IMG/VR virus record: IMGVR_UViG_3300047444_000753 | Location: 5,256 to 69,255 of that record | Source: a virus | Taxonomy: Duplodnaviria; Heunggongvirae; Uroviricota; Caudoviricetes | Strand: one strand, 5' to 3' | DNA length: 64,000 bases | Shown: positions 7,436-15,152 of the stretch, one piece after another | Layout: the number at the start of each line of letters is the position of its first letter | How positions within the stretch are numbered: the stretch's first letter is position 1 | Position numbers and translations under genes: made by a program | The notes under the pieces: generated by a model | What the model was told of the DNA's origin: nothing | The model's database searches: none | The model's input: only the letters and a program-made list of their open reading frames with translations

Positions 7436-7879
7436 GTGAATACAGAATTCAATGACGCCATCTTCGATTACGAAGAACAGTCGTACACCATCAAAAATAA
7501 GTTCGAGTCCGGCACCACGGTCGAAATGGAATTTTGGCTGACGGAGACCAACAGACTCGACCCCACCCTGTACGTTGAAGTCGGACTGAGGTCCTACACC
7601 AAGAGACGGCAGCAGGATCGCCCCGACTTTGAGTTCTCTGTAACAGGCAAGGATGGCCTACGTCCTGCAATCTGGGCGACCAATCTCCTACTCAAGTTCC
7701 CTGAGTTCGTCCTCCGCGACTGGGATTTCCGGGACAAAGATCGAGTGGTCTACACCGTTTACTGGTCTGAATCTCGCCGCAGGAGCGTCTACCACAAATG
7801 GCTGTCTAGGCACGGCTTCTACTTCGATCAGGTGCTCGGTACCAAATGCCTGACAAAGGTATTTCCACGGGTCAAATAG
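7436..7879 (+). CDS. hypothetical protein (147 aa)
   Basis: GTG start 2 nt after tRNA-Arg. Coding-like composition. Confidence 0.6.
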   Translation: MNTEFNDAIFDYEEQSYTIKNKFESGTTVEMEFWLTETNRLDPTLYVEVGLRSYTKRRQQDRPDFEFSVTGKDGLRPAIWATNLLLKFPEFVLRDWDFRDKDRVVYTVYWSESRRRSVYHKWLSRHGFYFDQVLGTKCLTKVFPRVK

Positions 7880-7922
7880 TCGGTAGTGTATACTGAAAGT
7901 ACACTTACTATGAAGGAGCCTC

Positions 7923-8183
7923 ATGATGTCACTCTGGGCAATGGTACAAGGAGACCCAGTCTTCATGCGGCGCGTCAACGGATGGCTCGCCATCTTCTGG
8001 CTGGCCATGATTCCCGTCAGCATCGTCACCGGCTGGGTCAGCTCGGTCGAGTACGTCTCCGCACTCTCCATCTGGGCTCTGGTCTCTGGTCACTGGTCCG
8101 CTTGGCAGGCTGCTCGCGTCGAAGTCCGTCAGGAAGAGATCGAGAAGCAGCGTCAGGACGAATTGGACACCACAAACAACTAG
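7923..8183 (+). CDS. small membrane protein (2 predicted TM helices)
   Basis: AAGGAG RBS, then an ATG-ATG start. Hydrophobic segments WLAIFWLAMIPVSIV and ALSIWALVSG. Confidence 0.7.
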   Translation: MMSLWAMVQGDPVFMRRVNGWLAIFWLAMIPVSIVTGWVSSVEYVSALSIWALVSGHWSAWQAARVEVRQEEIEKQRQDELDTTNN

Positions 8184-8361
8184 CTGTATACTTTTACACA
8201 TGCGAATCTACAAAATGTGTGGCAGCGGTATCCGCAACGGATACCTTGAGTACGGCATCTACAAGGGCGGCACGATCCGCTGGAACATCGGCATCGGGGC
8301 TCGCCCGACGATGTCAAAGGGTGTCAAAGCCCTCGGCCCCTTCTGGTGGTCCAAGCGGTAC

Positions 8362-8390
8362 TAGACATCACTGAAAAATAGTGGTACAAT
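8362..8390 (+). promoter_or_regulatory. promoter TAGACA-17-TACAAT (with TGG extension) upstream of tRNA-Lys(CTT)
   Basis: -35-like hexamer, 17-nt spacer, extended -10 GGTACAAT. Confidence 0.45.
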
Positions 8391-8434
8391 TACTTTAGAC
8401 ACTTAGCCCCTCTGGCAACAAGGGCTAGGTTTTC

Positions 8435-8507
8435 GCCTCCATAGCTCAGTGGTTAGAGCTACTCCCTCTTAAGGAGAAGGTCCGGGGTTCAAATCCCTGT
8501 GGGGGCA
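8435..8507 (+). tRNA. tRNA-Lys (CTT)
   Basis: Acceptor GCCTCCA/TGGGGGC, D-arm GCTC/GAGC, anticodon loop CTCTTAA, T-arm CGGGG/TTCAAAT/CCCTG. Confidence 0.75.
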
Positions 8508-8508
8508 C

Positions 8509-8682
8509 ATGGCACAGACAAGAGAAGACCGTGTCTATTTGGCTTACAGGGTCTACAACATTCATTTCGTGAAGCAGGGGTCAAAGACCCCTCGCGCTCA
8601 CGCAATTCTTGAGGTCTGCGCACGATTCAACATGACGGTAAATGATGTACGAAACATCGTAAACGCCCGAGTGAAGAAGTGA
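8509..8682 (+). CDS. small hypothetical protein (57 aa), possible HTH
   Basis: ATG 2 nt after the tRNA 3' end; the GGGGG run in the tRNA tail could serve as an SD. Basic C-terminus. Confidence 0.3.
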   Translation: MAQTREDRVYLAYRVYNIHFVKQGSKTPRAHAILEVCARFNMTVNDVRNIVNARVKK

Positions 8683-8762
8683 TTTGACACTGTAGATGTA
8701 GTAAGCTAAGCTTTAGATATACGCAGTACCAACGACAAAAGACTAACGACTTAAGGAATCCA

Positions 8763-9497
8763 ATGACCAAGCTCAACCAGATCATCGCCATTGAAGGCGG
8801 ACTCAAGAACACTTCCAAGCGCGATATCACCGACGCTTACCACAAGATCCAGCGCACCACGAGCCTCAACGGCATCTCCCGTACCTACAAGCCCAAGGAC
8901 GAAGAGGGCGACCAGCTCCCGTCCGAAAGCACCCTCGTGCAGACCCGTGTTGAGGACGTACTCACCGAGGTCTCCGACTCCCTGACCCGACTCTTCGATG
9001 TCACCCTGACCAAGGAGACCGCCAACGGCTCGGCCAAGGCCGATGTCGTCGTGGACGGCAAGGTCATCGTCAAGGACGCCCCGGTCACCTACCTGCTCTT
9101 CCTTGAGAAGCAGCTCGTTGATCTGAAGACCTTCGTCGCGGCCCTCCCGACGCTGGATCCGGCAGAAGTCTGGAACCAGAACACTGCAACCGGCGACTGG
9201 GCCACCGAGGTCACTCAGACGGTGAAGACCAAGAAGATCCCGAAGAACTGGGAGAAGTCTCCGGCAACGGACAAGCACCCGGCACAGGTCGAGATCTTCC
9301 ACGAAGACGTCATCGTCGGCACGTGGAGCACCACCAAGTTCTCCGGTGCCCTGCCCCGTGAGCGCCGCAATGCGCTCCTGACCCGCGTCGATGACCTGCT
9401 GACCGCAGTCAAGTTTGCCCGCGAGGATGCAAACTCCACCACGGTCACCGATGTCGCGACCGGCAAGAAAGTTTTCGACTTCCTGTTTTCAGCGTAG
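8763..9497 (+). CDS. hypothetical protein (244 aa)
   Basis: AAGGAA RBS. No recognisable motifs. Confidence 0.7.
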   Translation: MTKLNQIIAIEGGLKNTSKRDITDAYHKIQRTTSLNGISRTYKPKDEEGDQLPSESTLVQTRVEDVLTEVSDSLTRLFDVTLTKETANGSAKADVVVDGKVIVKDAPVTYLLFLEKQLVDLKTFVAALPTLDPAEVWNQNTATGDWATEVTQTVKTKKIPKNWEKSPATDKHPAQVEIFHEDVIVGTWSTTKFSGALPRERRNALLTRVDDLLTAVKFAREDANSTTVTDVATGKKVFDFLFSA

Positions 9498-9575
9498 TCG
9501 AACAAGAATCCCCGTTGAGCGCGGGGTAGGTGCCATGCGGCACCCAAACTGAAACTGACGATTCAGATTCAAAAT

Positions 9576-9650
9576 AGCTCTCAGTGGTGGTTCGAGTCCA
9601 CCCCCTCCGACCAATCAACGGAGGGTAGCCCAAATGGTAGAGGCAGGCTC
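9576..9650 (+). other. permuted tRNA-like element: 3' half (T-arm + acceptor 3' strand + encoded ACCA), then a 5-nt linker, then 5' half (acceptor 5' strand + D-arm)
   Basis: GGTGG/TTCGAGT/CCACC + CCCTCCG + A + CCA at 9581–9611, then ATCAA, then CGGAGGG-TA-GCCC...GGGC at 9617–9645. The two acceptor strands pair 7 of 7 but in inverted gene order. Confidence 0.35.
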
Positions 9651-9729
9651 TTAGATTCAGATTATCGCTCTAGATTCAGAAGCTTCACGCTAGACTGATC
9701 GACCGTATACACGCCTTAGCTTTGAAATA

Positions 9730-9810
9730 AGGGTTCGATTCCCTTCCCGGCCTCTGTGTCCTAGACACTGTTTCACCCAAATGGCCGGGTGGCATAATGG
9801 TAATGCGCAA
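9730..9810 (+). other. second permuted tRNA-like element (T-arm + 3' acceptor upstream of the cognate 5' acceptor + D-arm)
   Basis: AAGGG/TTCGATT/CCCTT + CCCGGCC at 9730–9753. About 30 nt later comes GGCCGGG-TG-GCAT/AATGGTA/ATGC at 9784–9807. The acceptor strands pair 7 of 7. Confidence 0.3.
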
Positions 9811-9922
9811 ACTTCTTAAATTGATGTGTATACTTAAATGTGCAGTAGACTAGCATAATGTGGCTATAAACACTCAATCGAAGAGCGGCGGGAGCCGGAT
9901 ATGCTCCCGTCGCTCGCCACAT

Positions 9923-9994
9923 ATCCCTGTAGCTCAGTGGTAGAGCATCGGCATGACTCGCCGTGCGTCGGAGGTTCGAATCCTCTCGGGGATA
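9923..9994 (+). tRNA. tRNA-Val (GAC) (atypical position 37)
   Basis: D-arm GCTC/GAGC, anticodon stem TCGGC/GCCGT with loop ATGACTC, T-arm GGAGG/TTCGAAT/CCTCT, acceptor ATCCCTG/CGGGGAT. Confidence 0.55.
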
Positions 9995-10022
9995 CACAGA
10001 GACAGTTACTACGAAGGACGCT

Positions 10023-10475
10023 ATGTCGGATTACTCAGACTCTATCGCAATTATGTTCCCGGCGAATTACCCGGACGATAGGGCCGATCCGCACTGCACC
10101 CTGATCTGGCTGGGAGAAACTACCAGCTTCATGTTCTCCAAGGAGGACGTGCTGGCCGTTCTGAAGGCCGATGACTACACCCCGAACGACGAATACACCC
10201 CTCTCCCGCCCAAGATCTTCGGCAAGGATGACGAGCGCGTGGTCGTTCTCCCGCTCGATGATGCGGACGGCTCCCTGCAGGCCCTGCGTGACAAGCTAGA
10301 GAAGGCTCTGGGAGCCCTCGGGATCCAGTCCCCGTCCGAATACACCACCTATGTCCCACACGTGACCACAGAGGACTACGTCCCCGGCGTCACCAAGATG
10401 GCCAACTACCCGGTGCCGGACAAGATCAAGCTGGGCGCTGCCGAGCTCTGGTGGGGCGACGAGCGAGTCTCATAA
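10023..10475 (+). CDS. 2H phosphoesterase superfamily protein (LigT / 2'-5' RNA ligase-like or Acb1-like cyclic-nucleotide phosphodiesterase)
   Basis: 150 aa with the two H-x-T/S-x motifs of the 2H fold (HCTLIW and HVTT). GAAGGA RBS. Sits directly after a tRNA. Confidence 0.65.
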   Translation: MSDYSDSIAIMFPANYPDDRADPHCTLIWLGETTSFMFSKEDVLAVLKADDYTPNDEYTPLPPKIFGKDDERVVVLPLDDADGSLQALRDKLEKALGALGIQSPSEYTTYVPHVTTEDYVPGVTKMANYPVPDKIKLGAAELWWGDERVS

Positions 10476-10528
10476 AACGTAATACACCATGATAAAATAG
10501 TGGGACGCCCCACTATCAAGGATTTATC

Positions 10529-10924
10529 ATGGCACTTGTCGGACCCAACGCTGTCCCGGACTACACATACAAGGCAACCGTCGATAGGTGGGTGGACGGG
10601 GATACTGTCTGGCTCACCGTCGATCTCGGTTTCCGCTTCACAATGAACTCCGATTTCCGTCTCTACGGAATCAACACCCCGGAACACAACCAGCCCGGAT
10701 TTCATGAGGCCACAGCCTTTGCGGAAGCCCACGCACCGGCAGGGTCCCCCGTAGTCATCCGCAGCTACAAGGACCCTGACAAATATGGTCGCTGGATCGT
10801 ACAGATCTTCGTCGGCGGCACGGTTCTCGTCGGCCAGACGGACCTAAACGATGCCCTCGTGGCCAGCGGACTGGCTGTCCCATACTTCGGTGGAACCAAG
10901 GCTCCCGTAGCTACTGCAAAGTAG
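10529..10924 (+). CDS. SNase-like (thermonuclease family) nuclease
   Basis: RLYGINTPE motif and D..D/W pattern typical of the staphylococcal nuclease fold. Confidence 0.65.
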   Translation: MALVGPNAVPDYTYKATVDRWVDGDTVWLTVDLGFRFTMNSDFRLYGINTPEHNQPGFHEATAFAEAHAPAGSPVVIRSYKDPDKYGRWIVQIFVGGTVLVGQTDLNDALVASGLAVPYFGGTKAPVATAK

Positions 10925-10995
10925 ATAGTCTATCAGACAATGTCCAGATAAATCAAGGTAGAATGGTTATACACCATCTATTTTTGGAGATCCTT

Positions 10996-12699
10996 ATGGG
11001 ATACATCTGGCCAGTCAATGCTAGCATCAGTCAGGAATTCGGCGCTCTGCCGAACAACGGCTTCAACCCCTCCGGAGGGCACACAGGGCGCGACTTCGCG
11101 GTCTCTGTCGGCACGCCCATCCACGCAATCGGGGATGGTGTAGTCAAGGCTGTCGGACAGCTCACTGGCCTGTACAGTGACAACCCGTGGTGGATCATGC
11201 CGTCATGGGCCGGAAACATCGTCGTCATTGACCACGGCCCGATCCTGTCTATCTATGCCCACCTCTCGGCATGGAACGTCAACGTCGGAGACCGCGTCAC
11301 ACAGGGCGAAATCATCTGCCACTCCGGAGCATCGGGTGGGGCCTCAACGGGGCCTCACCTTCACTTCGAGATCATGCCGGACGGCTGGAACTTCGGCAAC
11401 GGCACCTATGGCCGCGTGAACCCGTCCCTCTACTGCAGCGGCTTCGCATCCAACGCCCTCGCGGGAAACCAGCGCATCGTCGGAAAGTACGGCGTCAACC
11501 AGCGTGCGTCTGCGTCGGCCACCGGCAAGGTCATGAACAACTTCGCTGCCGGTCTGGTGCTCGACTTCAAGGGTTATGTCCACGGCGAGACGGTCAACGG
11601 GACCAATATCTGGTTCGTCGGGGCACACACTGGCGGATACTTCTCAGCATCGGCCTTCGATGACGGAAGCGTCAACGGTCTGGCAAACCTCACCCCCGCA
11701 CCTGCGGCACCGGCCCTGAAGCCAAACCAGCGCATCACTTCGGAACCGGCAAATCAGCGCAGCGCCCCATCCACTTCCGCCCAGATCGTGAAGACCTTCG
11801 ATGCGGGTGTCATCCTTGACTTCAAGGGATTCACTCGCGCCGAAAACATCGGCGGAAACTACATGTGGTTCGTTGGTGCCTACTCAGATACCTACTTCTG
11901 GTCCGGCAACTTCAACGACAAGTCCGTAACCGGACTTGCGGATCTGACACCTAAGCCAGCTCCTGCCCCAGCACCAGCCCCTAAGCCTGTGCCAGCTCCT
12001 GCGCCTGCGCCGAACCCTACACCGGCTCCAGCGCCTGCACCTGTCCCTGCGCCGACACCGGCCCCACAGAACACCGGAGCATACTCCTTCACACCGGACT
12101 TCGACTTTGTTGAGTACCACCCAGCGGACATCAATAACGTCCGTCTCGGGGACTTCCCGGCCAACCCGGACCATGCGGTGATCCACCAGTTCGGCACACC
12201 GGGCGTGGACACCATCGGCAGCACGATCAACCAGTTCACGAACCCGAACCTCGGGCTCAAGGCTGTCTCGGCCCACTTCGTGGTTTCCGGGAACCGTATT
12301 GTTCAAATGGTATCACTAAAGGACCGTGCGTACCACGCCTACGTCGTTGGCAACAACTACGTCGGCATCGAGACGGACCCGAATCAGGATCCGGCCACCA
12401 TTGCGTCGGTAAACAAGCTGCTCCGCGCCCTCAAGGCCAAGTTCGGATACACACTCACTACGATCCGTCACAAGGACGTCCCGCAGTGTGTCACCAACTG
12501 TGGAGCCCTGATCAATCTCGCCAACTACCAGATTGATGCGCCTACTCCGGCCCCTGCACCGACCCCCACACCGGCTCCGGTGCCCACCCCTACACCAGCA
12601 CCTGTATCTACTGACCTGACAGTAGATCAGAAGCTCAAGGTCATCGCTGAATACCAGCAGTGGCAGCTAGATGCATGGAAACTGTATCTAGAAAAGTAA
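10996..12699 (+). CDS. endolysin (lysin A-like): M23 peptidase + two cell-wall-binding repeats + amidase_2/PGRP domain, joined by Pro/Ala-rich linkers
   Basis: M23 motifs HTGRDFAV...D and HLHFEI. A duplicated domain (VLDFKG...NIWFVGA). Amidase-like block AHFVVSGN...YHA...GIET. GGAGA RBS. No esterase-type lysin B is visible in the window, which would fit a non-mycolata actinobacterial host. Confidence 0.85.
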   Translation: MGYIWPVNASISQEFGALPNNGFNPSGGHTGRDFAVSVGTPIHAIGDGVVKAVGQLTGLYSDNPWWIMPSWAGNIVVIDHGPILSIYAHLSAWNVNVGDRVTQGEIICHSGASGGASTGPHLHFEIMPDGWNFGNGTYGRVNPSLYCSGFASNALAGNQRIVGKYGVNQRASASATGKVMNNFAAGLVLDFKGYVHGETVNGTNIWFVGAHTGGYFSASAFDDGSVNGLANLTPAPAAPALKPNQRITSEPANQRSAPSTSAQIVKTFDAGVILDFKGFTRAENIGGNYMWFVGAYSDTYFWSGNFNDKSVTGLADLTPKPAPAPAPAPKPVPAPAPAPNPTPAPAPAPVPAPTPAPQNTGAYSFTPDFDFVEYHPADINNVRLGDFPANPDHAVIHQFGTPGVDTIGSTINQFTNPNLGLKAVSAHFVVSGNRIVQMVSLKDRAYHAYVVGNNYVGIETDPNQDPATIASVNKLLRALKAKFGYTLTTIRHKDVPQCVTNCGALINLANYQIDAPTPAPAPTPTPAPVPTPTPAPVSTDLTVDQKLKVIAEYQQWQLDAWKLYLEK

Positions 12700-12715
12700 C
12701 AACGATAACAGCTGT

Positions 12716-12752
12716 GGAGGCAGAGGTTTGTATACCTCTGCCTCTTCTGTTA
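12716..12752 (+). terminator. rho-independent terminator
   Basis: 10-bp stem GAGGCAGAGG/CCTCTGCCTC, 8-nt loop, T-rich tail. Confidence 0.7.
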
Positions 12753-12815
12753 CAGTTGGTTGTTATGTCCAAGCAGTCGTAATATAGACAGCGTAAACAC
12801 AACAGAAAACGGAAT

Positions 12816-13514
12816 ATGAAGAACCTACAGAATACCTTTTTGACAGTTGCCATGGCCATTGGATTGGCCATCACCGGGCTCACTCCCGCTCACGCAAGCA
12901 CACCGCACACATCTGTCCAGCGAGTGACAGAAACCGTCTCTATCCCTGCCCCATCGATCACAGCCCCGGTTGTCAAGCTTCCTCCTTTTGAGAGGCCTGC
13001 CGTCCACACCAGCGCCCCCGTCCGCCAGCTACCGGCAACTGTTGTCGATGCTCCGGTGGAAATTGTTCAGCCCCCTATCAAGTCTGAATCAGTGTCCACT
13101 GTAGCTACAACCACCGTCGCAAAGGCAGCTGCACCAGCTGTCTCCCCGGCTCCAGCCCCTGCTCCTGTCCTACCAATCGCCCACTCATTCTCTGGTGGCG
13201 CAGTTGTTGCGGCAGCACTGGCCCAGTTGGGCGTTGAACAGGACTGCACGGCCCTCGTGACGCACTCCATCGCTGCGGTCGGCATCAATTTCCACGGATG
13301 GCCCGCTGGCTACCTGTCCCTAGGCCACACGGTTCCGGCATCAGCAGCACAGCCCGGAGATCTCGCCTACTACGAAAACGGCGGAATGGGCGTGCCCCAC
13401 ATCGCTGTATACGTTGGTAACGGAATGGCCGTTCACGGCGGCTGGAACGGTGGAATCACCGCACTCGCCTCTGTAAACATCGGATCCGGCCCTGTCTTCA
13501 TCCGTCTCGGATAG
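12816..13514 (+). CDS. secreted NlpC/P60-family cysteine peptidase
   Basis: Signal peptide ending AHA. Pro/Ala linker. Catalytic-type DCTALV...H...H arrangement. Confidence 0.7.
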   Translation: MKNLQNTFLTVAMAIGLAITGLTPAHASTPHTSVQRVTETVSIPAPSITAPVVKLPPFERPAVHTSAPVRQLPATVVDAPVEIVQPPIKSESVSTVATTTVAKAAAPAVSPAPAPAPVLPIAHSFSGGAVVAAALAQLGVEQDCTALVTHSIAAVGINFHGWPAGYLSLGHTVPASAAQPGDLAYYENGGMGVPHIAVYVGNGMAVHGGWNGGITALASVNIGSGPVFIRLG

Positions 13515-13617
13515 ACAGCCGTCAAATAATAAGCTACAATGGTAATGCCTGTTGCGTCTGGTGACCGGAACTCTCTCATAAGGAGCTCTAGCGGGGATCG
13601 TAACCCCGAACAGGTAC

Positions 13618-14331
13618 GTGAATGACATACTGACACCCTTCTGGACCCGTCCGCTGTGCGCCCTCGACACGGAGACCACCGGAGTTGATTCGTTCAACGA
13701 CCGGATAGTCACCTGTTCCATGATTTACGATGATGGACGAGGAAACCAGACCGAACGGGACTGGCTCATAAACCCCGGCGTCGAGATACCCACGGGTGCA
13801 TCCGACGTGCACGGCATCACCAATGAAGTTGCCCAGCGGGACGGCATGGAGCCCCAAAAAGGCATCTACGAAATTGCCACCTCGCTCTACCAGATGGTCA
13901 GTGCTGGTGTTCCGCTGGTGGTCTACAATGCACCCTTTGACCTCACCCTGCTGATCGCCGAGTTCCGGCGTTGGGGTATCGGCTGGGATCCTGTGTTCAA
14001 CAAGGTCATCGATCCTCTTGTGATCGACAAGGCCGTGGACAAGTACCGAAAGGGCAGTCGCAAGCTCATCGACACTGCCAAGCACTACGGCTACGACCTC
14101 ACCAACGCCCACGCGGCAGATGCGGACAACAAGGCGGCTATCCACATTGCCCGCCATATCTTCCCGGCCCACTTCACACCGGACACGACGCTGGAAGAGG
14201 TCCACCAGCTGCAGATCGGCTGGAAGGCGGCACAGGCCCGGAGCTTCCAAGCGTATCTGCGCAAGGAGAAGGACCCAGAGGCCGTCATCAATCAGGAATG
14301 GCCCGTCATGACAACACAGGAGAACCGATGA
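13618..14331 (+). CDS. DnaQ-like 3'-5' exonuclease (DEDDh family)
   Basis: Exo I ALDTETTG, Exo II YNAPFD, Exo III H..ADADNKAA. GTG start. Confidence 0.8.
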   Translation: MNDILTPFWTRPLCALDTETTGVDSFNDRIVTCSMIYDDGRGNQTERDWLINPGVEIPTGASDVHGITNEVAQRDGMEPQKGIYEIATSLYQMVSAGVPLVVYNAPFDLTLLIAEFRRWGIGWDPVFNKVIDPLVIDKAVDKYRKGSRKLIDTAKHYGYDLTNAHAADADNKAAIHIARHIFPAHFTPDTTLEEVHQLQIGWKAAQARSFQAYLRKEKDPEAVINQEWPVMTTQENR

Positions 14332-14537
14332 AAGTAGATGACCGCAAGCTCTACACAGACAGAGAGATGAACGTGTATATCCAAGGACAGCTCTCCATCC
14401 TCGACATCTTGGCCAAGAACATAGAGAAAAGCGGCTCATGGATACTGGTCACCTTTGCTTTACCCGTAATTGTTGAAACAAGAGGGCTAATGTTGGACAA
14501 ATATCGTAAAATCTTTCCGAAAAGCGATGTGTCTTAG
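14328..14537 (+). CDS. small membrane protein (69 aa), holin-like candidate
   Basis: AGGAG RBS. Start overlaps the previous stop (ATGA). One TM segment, WILVTFALPVIV. Confidence 0.6.
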   Translation: MKVDDRKLYTDREMNVYIQGQLSILDILAKNIEKSGSWILVTFALPVIVETRGLMLDKYRKIFPKSDVS

Positions 14538-14542
14538 GCACG

Positions 14543-14571
14543 TTGACACACATAAAATAAGTGTGTATAGT
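14543..14571 (+). promoter_or_regulatory. sigma70-like promoter TTGACA-17-TATAGT
   Basis: Consensus -35, 17-nt spacer, TATAGT -10. Upstream of 14607. Confidence 0.65.
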
Positions 14572-14606
14572 TGTTACATAAGCTTCCAACAACCTGAAAG
14601 AAGAAA

Positions 14607-15116
14607 ATGTCAAGACAAGATGTAAAAGACGGCGCTAAGATTCTCGGCGGCGGTTTCGGAATCCTGCTCCTCGTCATCCTCGGATTCATGGCCATCGGTG
14701 CCGTCATCTGGGGTGTCTCGGTCGCCACGAGCGATGTCCGTGGTCAGGGTGACGCGCAGATGCAGATCAACTCCGGCACCAACCGGATCGACCAGTATAC
14801 CCACTTCTGGACGCTGGACAAGGACATCCGTGCTGAGTCCGCGAACATCGCCACGGCAAAGCAGCAGCTGGCCGACTTCAACAAGTCGATGCCGATCTCC
14901 AAGGATGAGCCATTCAACATCTCGGAGCAGCGCACCAGCCTTCAGAACAACTACAATGGCCCGCTTCAGCTCTGCCGAGCCAACGTGGCCCAGTACAACA
15001 ACGACTCCAAGGCCTACACGTCGGCCAAGTTCAAGGACTCCCAGCTTCCGTGGAGCTACGATCCCTCGGTCTGTGACAACCCTGCCGCACTTCCTGTAGC
15101 CCCGCCCGCCCCGTAA
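14607..15116 (+). CDS. membrane-anchored hypothetical protein (169 aa, one N-terminal TM)
   Basis: TM segment ILLLVILGFMAIGAVIWGV. Coding-like. Confidence 0.7.
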   Translation: MSRQDVKDGAKILGGGFGILLLVILGFMAIGAVIWGVSVATSDVRGQGDAQMQINSGTNRIDQYTHFWTLDKDIRAESANIATAKQQLADFNKSMPISKDEPFNISEQRTSLQNNYNGPLQLCRANVAQYNNDSKAYTSAKFKDSQLPWSYDPSVCDNPAALPVAPPAP

Positions 15117-15152
15117 TTTTTTTTTACCAATGACAAAAGACGAAAGAAGATC

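Noticed and set aside
7886-8374. 162-aa Arg/Ser-rich ORF overlapping the membrane-protein gene
   Set aside because: Alternative-frame artefact of GC-rich DNA. The 7923–8183 frame has an AAGGAG RBS and a coherent hydrophobic protein.
9540-9700. Possibility that the permuted tRNA-like element is a tmRNA
   Set aside because: No plausible tag-peptide reading frame ending in hydrophobic residues before a stop was found. The only in-frame stop follows ...DDSDSK. The region is also far shorter than a tmRNA. The permuted/rearranged-tRNA interpretation is kept instead.
11900-12620. Pro-Ala and Thr-Pro repeat DNA (also 25540–25680, 34860–35000) as possible CRISPR arrays or tandem repeats
   Set aside because: The repeats are in-frame coding linkers (PAPAPA / TPAPAP) inside ORFs. 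There are no spacer-repeat periodicity, no cas genes and no CRISPR-like units anywhere in the window.
13971-14537. 188-aa ORF spanning the exonuclease gene in another frame
   Set aside because: Only its last 69 codons, from ATG 14328 with an AGGAG RBS, look real. The upstream part is an Arg/Gly/Pro-rich shadow frame of the DnaQ-like gene.
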